Assembly: GCA_963772435.1 (NCBI GenBank)
Contig: CAVYXI010000018.1
Location: 607,793 to 671,792 of the forward strand
Reading direction: 5' to 3'
DNA: 64,000 bases
Origin: an uncultured Gammaproteobacteria bacterium
GTDB lineage: Bacteria > Pseudomonadota > Gammaproteobacteria > Xanthomonadales > Rhodanobacteraceae
Made by a program: the position numbers and the translations under genes. Below, piece after piece: positions 33,992 to 47,669 of the stretch (positions are counted from its first letter, which is position 1; each line of letters begins with the position of its first letter). The notes beneath the pieces were generated by a model that did no database searches, was not told the origin of the DNA, and saw only the letters and a list, made by a program, of their open reading frames with translations.

Positions 33992-34780
33992 TCAGGGCCG
34001 TCTGAATTTGTAGATGAATTGATCGGTGTGTCCGACGACAGACGGGTCGAATACACCCGCAGTGTGCGGATCGGAGGGATTGGCGAGAACGCGACTTTCG
34101 CCTTCGAAGCTGAATCCCGCGGCTTCGACTTCACGCCGCACGACCGCAGGCTCGATGCGATGCAAGGTCTCGGTAACATCGGCCGCGGCACCTCGAGCCG
34201 CTACGTGATCAATAACGATATAGACACCGCCGGGCTTAAGCGCCGCGAACACCGCCCGATTGAACGCCGCTGTGTCGACCGGGCCCATGAATTTGTCTTT
34301 GAGGTCGTGATAGTTCTGCGAAATCCAGAACACGTCGAGCTTTTCCGGATACCGCGCCACCTCGAGCGCGGCGCCGAAATTCAAAGCCGCGTTCGGGTGC
34401 GCGAAGAGGTAGCTCTCGACCTCGGCGGTGCCCTTGACGATGTTCGGGTACTTGTACAGCGTGTTCGGCACGCTCCCGTAGACATGGCCCTGCGCGCCGA
34501 CGATCATCGAAAAGAGGCGCGTGAAATAACCCTGGCCCACCGCGTAATCGGCGATTTTGTCGCCCGGCTTGACGCCGGCGAAGGCGAGCACCTCGGCGGG
34601 TCTGCGGCTCGCGTCGCGCGCGGTGTCGGTTGCAGGCCGCGCCGGATCAGCGATCGCCGCCGCAATCGCCGTATTCGCCGGCGCATCGCCGGTGTCGCGC
34701 GCGCACGCAATACCGCCGGGCACGCACGTGAGTGCACAAACGAGCACTCCGCAAGACAAGTTGAAGGATCTAGGCGCCAT
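33992..34780 (-). CDS. secreted class I SAM-dependent methyltransferase
   Basis: The signal peptide is MAPRSFNLSCGVLVCALTCVPGGIACA. The SAM-binding motif VADYAVGQGYFT is present. Confidence 0.75.
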   Translation of the reverse strand: MAPRSFNLSCGVLVCALTCVPGGIACARDTGDAPANTAIAAAIADPARPATDTARDASRRPAEVLAFAGVKPGDKIADYAVGQGYFTRLFSMIVGAQGHVYGSVPNTLYKYPNIVKGTAEVESYLFAHPNAALNFGAALEVARYPEKLDVFWISQNYHDLKDKFMGPVDTAAFNRAVFAALKPGGVYIVIDHVAARGAAADVTETLHRIEPAVVRREVEAAGFSFEGESRVLANPSDPHTAGVFDPSVVGHTDQFIYKFRRP

Positions 34781-34934
34781 GGTGCTTTTCCTTGTTGAGA
34801 TGATGCTCGGTCGCCACCGCGACCAGCCTGCGTGTCCGGCGAAATGGTCGCCTGCGCAGGGCAGACTCAACAGGCCCACATCGCGAAAATTTATCTGGGC
34901 CACATGCGCGCCGTTCACTATCATTCATCGAAGG

Positions 34935-36431
34935 ATGGACCCCCTATTCGAAATCGGACTCGAACTGCCCGCGAAGGGTTCGCGAAACGCGGCGCGTTCG
35001 TTGTTTGAGCAGCTCAAGTCCGCGATTGTCGACGGGCGACTCGTCGCGGATGCAAAGCTGCCGCCGACGCGCAAGTCCGCTGAATTTCTTGGCGTATCAC
35101 GCAACACCGCGAGCGAGATTTACGATCGCCTGCTGCACGATGGCTACGTCGTCACACGCCATGGTGCAGGCACCTATGTCGCGTCGACGTTGCCGACGCA
35201 GACGTCAATGCTTGAGCGGGCGCGTGATGCAGGGCCGCCCGACACCCGCCTCAATCCGTTCTGGTTGCGCGACGATGTCACGCAGGCAATGGGCTTCTGG
35301 CGCGATCGCGCCGTGTTGGAGCCCACGCGCACAAGGGGCAGCGCAATCGACTTTCGCCCCGCGCTGGTCGACTCGCGCCTGTTTCCGTTCGACGTGTTCC
35401 GCCGTGTCAGCGCGAAGCAGTTGCGTGGGCTGGAACGCAAGCCGGCGCGCTTCAAGAGTCCGCAGGGCAATCAGGGCAACTTCCATCTTCGCGAAGCGAT
35501 CAGCCGCCATATCGCCTTGACGCGGGCCGTCGTCAGTCAGCCGGACGACGTCGTTGTCACCGCCGGCGCGCAGCAGGCGTTCGACCTGCTCGCTCGAATT
35601 CTCGTCAAGCCGAATGAAACTGTCGTTGCTGTCGAGGATCCAGGCTACCCGCCGATGCGCGTACCGTTCGCTGCGGCTGGCGCCAGGATCGTGCCGGTCG
35701 GCGTCGACGACGAAGGGCTGATCGTCGACCAGCTTCCAGCCGATGTTGGCGTGATCTGCGTCTGCCCTTCGCATCAGTTTCCGCTCGGTGTGACGATGTC
35801 GGCACGGCGGCGCAAAACGCTGCTTGCGTTCGCGCACGAACGCGGCGCAGTCGTCGTCGAGGACGACTACGACGGCGAATTCCGCTACGGCGCGACTTCG
35901 CTGGACGCGCTGCGAACGTCTGCCGCAGTCGATGTCGTCTTCTACGTTGGCACCTTTTCGAAGTGCATGCTGCCAGCCTTGCGGCTCGGCTTCATCGTTG
36001 CGCCGCAATGGGCGATGCGCACGCTGGTCGCCGCGAAGAACGGCCTCGACTGGCACTGCCCGGTACCTGTGCAACTCGGCGTTGCGGCCTTTGTGGCGGA
36101 AGGACATCTCGCGCACCATGTTCGCTCGATGCGTTCGATCTACCAGCGCCGACGGCAGTTGCTGCTGAACTTGTTGCGCGAGGAATTCGCGGACTCACTA
36201 GCCCCGATCGACTCGTTCTACGGCATGCATTTGTCCGCGTTCGCGAGAACCCGGACTGATCTCGAATCGTTGGCAGAGGCATTGCTGGAGCAGGGCGTGA
36301 AGGTTCACACGCTCGATCGGTACTACGTCGGCACACAGCGCCGAAGCGGCCTCATTTTCGGCTACGGCGCCGTCGATCTGACGGAGATCAGACGCGGGAT
36401 GAACTCGCTTTTTCGCATCCTGACCTCATGA
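34935..36431 (+). CDS. MocR-like (GntR HTH + PLP aminotransferase-fold) transcriptional regulator
   Basis: An N-terminal GntR-type HTH (LPPTRKSAEFLGVSRNTASEIYDRL) is fused to a class-I aminotransferase-like domain with a Lys in the SKCMLP context. The product is 498 aa and intact. Confidence 0.85.
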   Translation: MDPLFEIGLELPAKGSRNAARSLFEQLKSAIVDGRLVADAKLPPTRKSAEFLGVSRNTASEIYDRLLHDGYVVTRHGAGTYVASTLPTQTSMLERARDAGPPDTRLNPFWLRDDVTQAMGFWRDRAVLEPTRTRGSAIDFRPALVDSRLFPFDVFRRVSAKQLRGLERKPARFKSPQGNQGNFHLREAISRHIALTRAVVSQPDDVVVTAGAQQAFDLLARILVKPNETVVAVEDPGYPPMRVPFAAAGARIVPVGVDDEGLIVDQLPADVGVICVCPSHQFPLGVTMSARRRKTLLAFAHERGAVVVEDDYDGEFRYGATSLDALRTSAAVDVVFYVGTFSKCMLPALRLGFIVAPQWAMRTLVAAKNGLDWHCPVPVQLGVAAFVAEGHLAHHVRSMRSIYQRRRQLLLNLLREEFADSLAPIDSFYGMHLSAFARTRTDLESLAEALLEQGVKVHTLDRYYVGTQRRSGLIFGYGAVDLTEIRRGMNSLFRILTS

Positions 36432-36489
36432 ATGCGGCACCGCCGGCCTGCGCTTGCTAGACTTCGGCCAGTTCCTACTGGAATGCTCG

Positions 36490-38142
36490 ATGAGCATGCA
36501 ACACAGCGACGTCTTGATCATGGGTGGCGGCCTCGCGGGCCTCACGCTGGCGATCCAGCTGCGTCGGGAGCTGCCGGCGTTGTCGGTGCGCATCCTCGAA
36601 CGCAATCGCCATCCCGTTCCCGAAGCTGCGTTCAAGGTCGGCGAGTCGAGCGTGGAGATCGGCGCCCACTACTTCGAAACCGTCCTCGGCCTCCGCGCGC
36701 ATCTCGAGGCTGACCAGTTGCGCAAGTTCGGTTTCCGCTTCTTCTTCAACGAAGGCCTCGACGCTCTCGACCAATGCGTCGAACTCGGCACCAGCGAAGT
36801 GTTTCCGACGCCGAGCTACCAGCTCGATCGCGGCATCTTCGAGAACTTCCTCGCCGCGCACGCGGCCGCGCTTGGCGCCGAGTTCGTCGACGGCGCCGTC
36901 GTTCGCCGCATCGATCTCGCTGATGCCGATCAACAGCGGACCGATCAACCGCGAGCCGATCAACAACTGGCCGGTCAGCAACCGAGCGTTCGCGACCACG
37001 TCGTCCACTACGAACACGCCGGCGCCGCGCACACCGCCACCGCGCGCTGGCTGATCGACGCGAGCGGTGGCGCGGGCCTGCTCAAGCGCAAGCTCGGCCT
37101 CGAGGAAAGCAACGGCCACGACGCCAACTCGATCTGGTTCCGCATCGCCGACCGCGTCGCGATCGACGACTGGCACGGCGGCGAATGGGCGCAGCGCTGC
37201 CGACCGCCCGAGCGCTGGCGTTCGACGAATCACCTGTGCGGTCCCGGCTACTGGGCGTGGCTGATTCCGCTGTCGTCGGGCTCGCATTCGGTCGGCATCG
37301 TTGCGGACGCGCAGATGCACCCGCTCGCCACGATCAACACCTTCGACAAGGCGATGGCCTGGTTCGCCGAGCACCAGCCGCAGCTGCATCGCGAGCTCGA
37401 GCCGCGCCGTCATCTGCTGCAGGACTTCGCGTACCAGCGTCACTTCTCGCACGGCTGCAAGCAGGTGTTCTCGGCCCAGCGCTGGGCGATCACCGGCATC
37501 GCGGGCGTGTTCCTCGATCCGTTCTACTCGCCGGGCAGCGACTACATCGCGATCGCCAACACCTACATCGTCGACCTGATCGGCCGCGACGCACGCGGCG
37601 AGCCCTTCGCGCGTCAGGCGCGCGCGTACGAGCGACTCTACTTTTCGTTCTATCAGAACACGCTGCCGCTGTACGAAGGCCAGTACCCGATGTTCGGCCA
37701 CGCCCAGTGGATGCCGATCAAGGTCGTCTGGGACTACGCGTACTACTGGGGCGTGCTCTGCCAGTTCTTCTTCCAGAAGCGGTTGACCGACGTCGCGCTG
37801 TTCGGCAGGCTCGCCGAGCCGCTCGCAGCGTGTGCCGCGCTGAACCGCGACGTGCAGCTGCTGTTGCGCCGGGCCGCCGGCACCGGCGTCGGCGCGGCAT
37901 CGACGGAATTCGTCGATCAGTGCGCGCTGCCGTGGTTCGCCGAGATGAATCGAGGGCTGCGCGACGTCCTCGACGATGCGGCGTTGCAGCGGCGCATCGA
38001 GGACAACGCCGCGATGCTGCACGAACTCGCCGCGCAGATCGGCCAGCGCGTCCGCGCCGAACATCCCGCGGCGCTGCACGGGCTGACTTCGCTCGTCGGT
38101 CTCGAAGCGACGCTCACGCCCGACCTGCTGCACGCGGCTTAG
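36490..38142 (+). CDS. flavin-dependent halogenase family protein (tryptophan-halogenase-like)
   Basis: The FAD motif GGGLAGL is present. Both halogenase signature motifs are present: WxWxIP (GYWAWLIPL) and FxxPxxSxG (FLDPFYSPG). The ORF is intact and encodes about 550 aa. Confidence 0.75.
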   Translation: MSMQHSDVLIMGGGLAGLTLAIQLRRELPALSVRILERNRHPVPEAAFKVGESSVEIGAHYFETVLGLRAHLEADQLRKFGFRFFFNEGLDALDQCVELGTSEVFPTPSYQLDRGIFENFLAAHAAALGAEFVDGAVVRRIDLADADQQRTDQPRADQQLAGQQPSVRDHVVHYEHAGAAHTATARWLIDASGGAGLLKRKLGLEESNGHDANSIWFRIADRVAIDDWHGGEWAQRCRPPERWRSTNHLCGPGYWAWLIPLSSGSHSVGIVADAQMHPLATINTFDKAMAWFAEHQPQLHRELEPRRHLLQDFAYQRHFSHGCKQVFSAQRWAITGIAGVFLDPFYSPGSDYIAIANTYIVDLIGRDARGEPFARQARAYERLYFSFYQNTLPLYEGQYPMFGHAQWMPIKVVWDYAYYWGVLCQFFFQKRLTDVALFGRLAEPLAACAALNRDVQLLLRRAAGTGVGAASTEFVDQCALPWFAEMNRGLRDVLDDAALQRRIEDNAAMLHELAAQIGQRVRAEHPAALHGLTSLVGLEATLTPDLLHAA

Positions 38143-38248
38143 CGCGCGCAGGCGGGGCCGCTCTGTACTTTGGTCGCGTATTGCGCCGCGACCGGATTCG
38201 CTACGCTTCCGCTGCAACAGCCGAGCGCCGAACACCGCGGAGACCACT

Positions 38249-39440
38249 ATGGCAACGCCCATCACGACAATCATGGACCTGCGCGAAATCGCGCGGCGCC
38301 GCGTCCCGCGCGCGTTCTTCGAGTACGCCGACCGCGGCTCGTACGAGGAAGTGACGCTGCGCGACAACCGCGCCGCGTTCGACGACATCCGCCTGCGCCA
38401 GCGCGTGATGATCGACGTCGACAAGCGTTCGCTCGCGACGACCGTCGTCGGCCAGCCGCTGTCGATGCCGCTCGCGATCGCGCCTACCGGTCTCACGGGC
38501 CTGCAGCACGGCAGCGGCGAGATCCTCGCTGCGCGCGCCGCAGCGGCAGCGGGAATTCCGTTTTGCCTCAGCACGATGTCGATCTGTTCGATCGAGCAGG
38601 TGCGCGCGGCGTCGCCGACGCCGTTCTGGTTCCAGGTATACGTCATGCGCGATCGCGGCTTCGTGCGCGAGCTCATCCAGCGCGCGGCGGCCGCGCAGTG
38701 TTCCGCATTGATGCTGACCGCCGACCTCACGGTGCAGGGCCAGCGCCATCGCGAGATCAAGAACGGCCTGTCGGTGCCGCCGAAGATCACGCTGCGCAAT
38801 GTCCTCGACATCGCGACCAAGCCGCGCTGGGCATGGGGCGTGTTGCGCGCGCCGAGTCGCTCGTTCGGCAATCTTGCGGGACGCATCGACAACGCCGACA
38901 CGCTGACGACGCTCGCGCAGTGGATCGCGAAACAGTTCGATCCGACGCTGACCTGGCGCGATCTCGACGTGGATTCGCGAGCTCTGGCCCGGCAAGCTCA
39001 TCGTCAAGGGCATCCTCGACGCGGAAGACGCGCGCATCGCCGCGAATGAAGGGGTCGACGCGATCGTCGTCTCCAATCACGGCGGACGCCAGCTCGACGG
39101 CGCACCCGCAGCGATTCACGCGCTGCCGTACGTCGTCGATGCGGTCGCGGGCAAGACCGAAGTGCTGTTCGACAGCGGCATCACGACCGGGCAGAGTCTG
39201 CTCAAGGCGCTCGCGCTGGGCGCGCGCGCGGGCCTGATCGGCAAGGCGTTCCTCTACGGCCTCGGCGCACTCGGCGAAGCCGGCGTCACCAAGGCGATCG
39301 AGATCATCCGCAAGGAACTCGATGTCAGCATGGCGCTGACCGCGCAATGCGACGCGCGTTCGATTTCGCGCGACATCCTGCTCGAGCGCGACGGCAGCCC
39401 CTATCGGCGAGCGCGGCGCCCGCCCGGCGATTCGACGCCG
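38249..39440 (+). CDS. FMN-dependent alpha-hydroxy acid dehydrogenase (LldD / glycolate-oxidase family); frameshift near 38985
   Basis: The FMN-dependent dehydrogenase family pattern is present (…[25 protein letters not shown]…VVSNHGGRQLDGAPA…). Confidence 0.8.
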
Positions 39441-39462
39441 GCCTGAGCCGACAGCCGTCCTC

Positions 39463-40435
39463 TCAACCCGCGGCTGTCTGCGCCGTGCAGTTCGCGTATT
39501 CGACCGAGGTCAACCGCGACCATTGCAGCGTAGTGGAGCGCTTCGGCAGCGTCGGATCGGTGTTCGTCGCGGTCAGCACCATCGACACCGAACTGCAGGA
39601 CGGCCAGCTGAACTGGATCGTGCCCCAGACGGTCTTGACCACCTTGCTCGAATCGGTCGTGCCACCGAAACCGCCGCCTTTCGTCGCATACATCGTGACC
39701 GTCGACGAGTAAGTCTGGTGTGTGAAACAGGCCTGGCACAGCGCGGCAGCGCCCGTGAGCCACAGTGGATTGCCGCTGTCGTCGAACGTGTACATCGTCA
39801 CCGTCAGCAATTGGCCTGGTATGACCTCTATCTGCACGCCCTCGCCGGAATGCGCGGGATCGTAGTACAGACCGGCGACATAGCCCGCAAGCGGCACGCC
39901 CTTCAAAAGGTTCTGGATACAGGGCGGGATCGAAGTCCGGCAGGTTGACGATCTGCCGGGTACCGCCGGCAATCGGCGACGTGCCGGTCATCTGCACGGT
40001 CAACGCCTTCGTGTAGTCGATGCCGTACGCGTCGAGAACGACGATGGCGCCCGCACCGACATCGCTGGTAACCGTGTCGATCGCTGATAGATTCGTGTAC
40101 GGCTCGGCGTTGAAGACGGCATTGATCACCGTCGTGCCCTGCACGATCCTGATCGGCGGAAACAGGCCGCTCGTCCCTCCGGAGAAACCTATCAGCACTG
40201 CAGCGCCGCCACCAGGGCATGCCTGCCGATAGACGGCGTAGGTGTAGGTGCTCGTGTTGCCGCTCTTGTCGAGACTCAGCAGATCGATGGAACCCGAAAA
40301 CAGGACGGGCTCGTTCGCGGCGGGCGGAGGCATCGGCTGCGCGCGATCGGGGAAGCAGGTGCCCGGATACGGTGCTGCCCAGGCCAGCGTCGACGACAGA
40401 AGCCAGACTGTCAGCATTGCAGCGAGAAATCTCAT
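39463..40435 (-). CDS. secreted protein with C-terminal 'YDP-SGEG' domain (paralogous to the 16409-18499 repeats); frameshift near 39900
   Basis: The signal peptide is MRFLAAMLTVWLLSSTLAWA. The C-terminus reads GLYYDPAHSGEGVQIEVIPGQLLTVTMYTFDDSGNPLWL…. Confidence 0.55.
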
Positions 40436-40517
40436 CGGTCTCACGCTCCCGTAATGCGGCACAGACCGGAGCCTAACCGAGGAACTCCCGCACTGACAAT
40501 GCCGCGTCGCCTTCGAT

Positions 40518-42073
<1,556 letters not shown>

Positions 42074-42112
42074 TCATTTGCGTGATCCGCGTCCAGCTCT
42101 TGATCTCAATGC

Positions 42113-45100
42113 TCACGCAGCACGACGCAGCTCCTCGGTCAGCGCGTCGAGGCTCGCGGCCTTCGGCTTGACCAGCCAGAACTTGTGCACGAGGTCGCGG
42201 AAATCATCGAGCAGACGCTTGCCCCAGCGCTGCCGGTCGCGCGCTGGTGCGCGATCAGCAGGTCGCGCAGGTGCTGCCAGTAGTTCTCCATGCCTTCGTG
42301 CGAGATGCGCGTGGATGTCGACGAGTTCGTGGTTGTAGCGGTCGACGAAATCGCGCTCCTCGTCGAGCACGTAGGCGAAGCCGCCGGTCATGCCGGCGCC
42401 GAAATTGACGCCGCTGCGGCCGAGCACGACGACGCATGCCGCCGGTCATGTATTCGCAGCAGTGATCGCCGACGCCTTCGACGACGGCGAGCGCGCCGGA
42501 GTTGCGCACGCCGAAGCGTTCGCCGGCGCGACCCGCCGCGTACAATTCGCCGCCGGTCGCGCCGTACAGGCAGGTGTTGCCGACGATCGACCGCTTCGTG
42601 TCGCGGCGCACGCCGCACCCTGCGGCGGACGCACGACGATGCGTCCGCCCGCCATGCCCTTGCCGACGCCGTCGTTCGCTTCGCCGTCGAGCACGATGTG
42701 CACGCCGCCGGCATTCCACGCGCCGAGACTCTGCCCCGCCGCGCCGTGACAGCTTGCAGCGTGATCGGCTTCGCCGCCATGCCCTGGTCGCCGTGGCGGC
42801 GCGCGACGTCGCCCGAGAGGCGCGCGCCGATCGCGCGGTCGGTGTTCCTGATCGCGTAGTGGAATTCTCCGCCGCTGCCGCTCTCGACCGCCGCCTTCGT
42901 GTCGTCCGCGATGCGCAGCGCGAGCTCGCTGCCGGGAATCGGCGCGCGCGGCACGCACGCGGGCGCCGGCGTCGCTGGACAGCCCGCGTGCCGAGCAGCG
43001 GCGCGAGATCGAGCTTGCCGCTGCTTCACCGTCACGCCGTCGCGACTGCCGCAGCCAGTCGGTGCGGCCGACGATTTCCTCGAGACGACGCACGCCGAGC
43101 TGCGCGAGCAACGCACGCACGTCTTCAGCGACGAAGCGGAAGAAATTCTCGACCTTCTCGGGCGGGCCGACGAAATGCTTGCTTGCGCAGCATCGTCGTT
43201 CTGCGTCGCGACACCGGTCGCGCACGAATTCAGGTGGCAGATGCGCAGATACTTGCAGCCGAGCGCGACCATCGGCGCCGTGCCGAAGCCGAACGATTCG
43301 GCGCCGAGCATCGCCGCCTTGATCACGTCGAGTCCGGTCTTCAGGCCGCCGTCGGTCTGCACGATCACGCGTTCGCGCAGGCCGTTGCGCGCGAGCGTCT
43401 GCTGCGTTTCGGCGAGGCCGAGTTCCCACGGCACGCCGGCGTAGCGGATCGACGTGATCGGGCTCGCGCCGGTGCCGCCGTCGTGGCCGGAGATCGTGAT
43501 GAGGTCTGCATTGGCCTTCGCCACGCCCGCCGCGATCGTGCCGACGCCGGCATGCGCGACGAGCTTGACCGAGACGAGCGCCTGCGGATTGACCTCCTTC
43601 AGGTCGTAGATCAGCTGCGCGAGATCTTCGATCGAATAGATGTCGTGATGCGGCGGCGGCGAAATCAGACCGATACCCGGGCGCGCATAGCGCAGGCGTG
43701 CGATCAGCGCGTTGACCTTGTGCCCGGGCAACTGGCCGCCCTCGCCGGGCTTCGCGCCCTGCGCGATCTTGATCTGCAGCACCTCGGCGTTGACGAGATA
43801 TTCGGGCGTGACGCCGAAACGGCCCGACGCGACCTGCTTGATCTTCGACATCTTCTCGGTGCCGTAGCGCGCCGGGTCTTCGCCGCCCTCGCCGGAGTTG
43901 CTGCGCGCGCCGAGCCGGTTCATCGCCGTCGCCAGCGCTTCGTGCGCTTCGGGCGACAGCGCACCGAGCGACATGCCGGCCGAATCGAAGCGCTTGAGGA
44001 TCGCTTCAGCGGGTTCGACCTCGTCGATCGGGATCGGTGCATGCGGACTCTGCACGTCGAGCAGATCGCGCAGTGCCGCCGGCGCGCGGCCGTTCACCGC
44101 GTCTGCGTAGCTTTCGGTACAATTTCGCACGTCGCGCGTACGTACCGCCATCTGCAGCGAGCCGACGACGGCGGGGTTGTACATGTGGTACTCGCCCTCG
44201 GGCAACGCGCGCAGCAGCCCGCCCGGCGGCAGCGCGTAGTTCGGATCGCGCGCGGCGACGAGACTGCGCGCTTGTACTCGGCCTGGATGTCGGCGAAGCC
44301 GGCGCCGCCGATGCGCGACGGCGTGCCCGGGAAAGCAGAGATCGACCACTTCGCGGTCGAGACCGACGATCTCGAACAGCTGCGCGCCGCGATAGCCGGC
44401 GATCGTCGAGATGCCCATCTTCGAGATGATCTTGAGCAGACCCTTGCTGGATGCCGCGACGGTAGCTGCGGCCGATCTCGCTCGGCGGCTCGCCCTGGCG
44501 ACCCTTGAGCTCGCCGCGGCGGTTCATGTCGAACAGCGTCTGGTACGACAGATACGGATAGACCGCCGTCGCGCCGAAACCGATCAGGCAGGCGAAATGG
44601 TGCGCGTCGCGTGCGTTGCCGGTTTCGACGAGCAGGTTGCAGTCGCAGCGCAGCTGCTTCTGCGTGAGGCGCGCGTGCACGGCGCCGGTCGCGAGCAGCG
44701 CATGGATCGGCAACAGGCCGGGAACCGGGTAGCGGTCGGACAACAGGATGAGCATCGCGCCGCCGCGAACGGCTTCCTCTGCGGCGTCGCAGAGCCGCTC
44801 GATGCGCAGCCTTGAGCCCGACCTTTTCGTCGTAGTAGAGATCGAGCTTGATGTTCGCGTTCGTGATGTTCGGCAGCGCGAGGATCTGGCGCAGCTTGCG
44901 CTGCGACAGAATCGGCGAGTTGAGGAGCACCTGGCTCGCGTTCTCCGGCCACGAGCTCGAACACGTTGCGCTCGAGGCCGATCTGCGTCGACAGCGACAT
45001 CACGAGACGCTCGCGCAGCGGGTCGATCGGCGGATTCGTGACCTGCGCGAACGCCTGGCGGAAGTATTCGTAGAGCGGCCGGGACTGCCGGCGTCATCAC

Positions 45101-46619
45101 CGCGATCGGCGTGTCGTCGCCCATCGAACCGGTCGCCTCGGCCTCGTCCTCGGCGAGCGTCTTCAGCACGACGTCGCGCTCCTCGCGCGTGAGCGCGAAC
45201 TGCTTCTGGTAGCGCGCGAGCGTTTCGGGACTGAACGGCTCGGCCGCGAGTGCCGGGATCGATCAGGTGCGACTCGAGATACGTGAGCTTCTCGCGCAGC
45301 CAGCGCTTGAACGGCGCGCGTGAGCGGTTGATCGCGTCGATCGCGGCCGTGTCGAGCAGCTCGTGTTCGACCAGATCGACCGCGATCATCTCGCCGGGCC
45401 CGAGGCGGCCCTTGGCGACGATGCGCTCGGGCGGCATGTCCCACAATCCGGCTTCCGACGCGACGATGAGTGGTTGTCGTCCGACCGCGCCCAGCGCGCC
45501 GGGCGCAGGCCGTTGCGGTCGAGCGTGCACGCCGCGTGGCGGCGCATCGCAAAGGACGATGCCGGCCGGGCCATCCCACGGCTCGCTGTGCAGCGCGTAG
45601 TATTCGTAGAACGCTTCGAGATCCTCGTCGAGATCCTCGCGCGACGCCCACGCGGGTGGCATGAGGACGCGCATCGCGAGCAGCACGTCGAGACCGCCCG
45701 CAACGAGCACTTCGAGCATGTTGTCGAGGCTCTGCGAATCGGAGCCGGTCAGGCTGACGAGCGAGCCGAGGTCGGACAGTTCCACGAGCGGCGACTTGTA
45801 CTTGCCCGCGCGCGCGGTCGCCCAGTTGCGGTTGGCCTTGATCGTGTTGATCTCGCCGTTGTGCGCGAGCAGGCGAAACGGCTGCGCCAGACGCCAGTGC
45901 GGCATCGTGTTCGTCGAGAAGCGCTGGTGGAATACCGCCGCGCTGACGGCGAGCTCCGCATGGGCCAGATCGGGAAACGCCTCGCGCAGGCGTCCCGGCG
46001 CGACCATCGCCTTCGCAGCGAACGTGCTCGCCGACAGCGTGACGACGTAGAAATGCGCATCGTCGGCCAGCGCCTTCTCGGCGAGGCGGCGCGCGCGGAA
46101 CAGGATGCGATCGAAGCGGGCTTCATCAAAGCGGCTTCATCAGCGCCAGCATCGCCGGCAGGCGCGTTGACGAAGATCTGGGCGATGCGCGGCTGATGGG
46201 CGGCGCCGATCGGCCCGCAGGCGGTCGCGTCGACCGGCACGTCGCGCCAGCCGGCGACCGTGCAGCCGGCGTTCGACGAGTTCGCGCTCGAGCGCGGCCT
46301 GCTGCGCCTTCGCGCGCGCCGCGTCCTTCGGATCGAGAAAGACATGACCCGAGGCGAAATGTGCGCCGACGTCGATGCCGGCCTCGCGCGCGAGCGCGCG
46401 CAGCCAGCCGGTCGGCCGATAGAGCAGGATGCCGCAGCCGTCGCCGGTGATGCCGTCGGCGCCGATGCCGCCGCGATGCGACATCTTGGCGAGCGTCGAG
46501 AACGCCTGGTCGACGACCCAGGCACTGGCCTTGCCATCGATGTTGGCGATGAGACCAAAGCCGCAGCTGTCGTGTTCGAACGACGGATCGTAGAGGCTGT
46601 TCAGACTGCCTTGCGGCAT
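42113..46619 (-). CDS. gltB: glutamate synthase large subunit; many frameshifts
   Basis: The N-terminus is [30 protein letters not shown] (amidotransferase Cys1). FMN/TIM-barrel segments lie in ORFs 45000-46007, 44006-45169 and 42388-44418. The C-terminus …[23 protein letters not shown]… lies at 42113-42427. Confidence 0.85.
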
Positions 46620-46828
46620 GGCAACTCCGGATTATCCGTCGCTGCCCGCGTCCCCTGCGGAGCGAAAATCGGCGACGACCAAGGACGGCGCTGGATCCTC
46701 GCGCCGTCGTGTTTATACGCGTACTTCCTGCCGACTACAGCACAATTGCTGCGTCGCGTCAAAGGGTCGATAGTAAAATTCTTTCGGCAGTATAGACGTC
46801 CAGTCGGCGCGGCGGTTGCGGACGCCGC

Positions 46829-47167
46829 CTAGAGGGCGTCGGCGCCGGTTTCCCCGGTGCGGATGCGCACGACCTGGTCGAGGTCGTAGACGAAGATCTT
46901 GCCGTCGCCGATCTTGCCGCTGTTGGCCGCGCGCATGACCGCATCCACGACTCGCTCGAGGACGTCCTCGGACACCGCGATCTCGATCTTGATCTTCGGC
47001 AGGAAATCAACGACGTACTCGGCACCGCGATAGAGCTCGGTGTGGCCTTTCTGCCGCCCGAACCCTTTCACTTCGGTCACGGTGATGCCCTGCACGCCGA
47101 CCTCGGCCAGCGCTTCGCGTACATCGTCGAGCTTGAAAGGCTTGATGATCGCCATCACAAGTTTCAT
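46829..47167 (-). CDS. glnB: nitrogen regulatory protein P-II
   Basis: [20 protein letters not shown]…[15 protein letters not shown]… is the canonical P-II sequence, 112 aa. Confidence 0.95.
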   Translation of the reverse strand: MKLVMAIIKPFKLDDVREALAEVGVQGITVTEVKGFGRQKGHTELYRGAEYVVDFLPKIKIEIAVSEDVLERVVDAVMRAANSGKIGDGKIFVYDLDQVVRIRTGETGADAL

Positions 47168-47369
47168 CGCGCACCTCACGAAGATTTCGACGATGACTAT
47201 ACCGAAACCGCAGGTCGTTGGAGGCCTTCATGTAGGAAATTTCCTACGCCGCAATGGGACTTTTGACTGACTGCACCGCCACAACCTGCGCGTTACACTG
47301 CGCGCCGTCTGTTGCAGATCCAATACATCCCGTTTCTTTTTGTCAACGTTGTAGCTTCGAGGTATCGCC

Positions 47370-47669
47370 GTGATTACCGCTTCCGCTATCGACGATCTGG
47401 CTCGCCGTTTGCTCGAGCTGATCCCCCAGAACGGTCTCCAGAACGGCTACGACACGCTGGCCGACGCGTCGCGCGAGGCGCGCGACGACCTGTCCGCGAA
47501 TTTCAGGGACGCCTTGCGCAGCGGCCTTCGCGCCCTGGATCTCGTGACCCGCGACGAATTCGACGTGCAGCGCTGCGTGCTTTTGCGCACGCGCGAAATG
47601 GTCGAGTCGCTCGAGCACCGCGTGACCGAACTCGAAGCGATGCTCGGAAATCGCCCCGCATCCCACTGA
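47370..47669 (+). CDS. ubiK: ubiquinone biosynthesis accessory factor UbiK (YqiC/BMFP family)
   Basis: The product is a 99-aa coiled-coil protein with the family motif …LVTRDEFDVQ…. Confidence 0.7.
   Translation: MITASAIDDLARRLLELIPQNGLQNGYDTLADASREARDDLSANFRDALRSGLRALDLVTRDEFDVQRCVLLRTREMVESLEHRVTELEAMLGNRPASH

Noticed and set aside
46620-46828. A possible terminator or small RNA between glnB and gltB.
   Set aside because: Only a weak 6-bp-stem hairpin, without a T-tract, lies downstream of glnB. This is insufficient to call.
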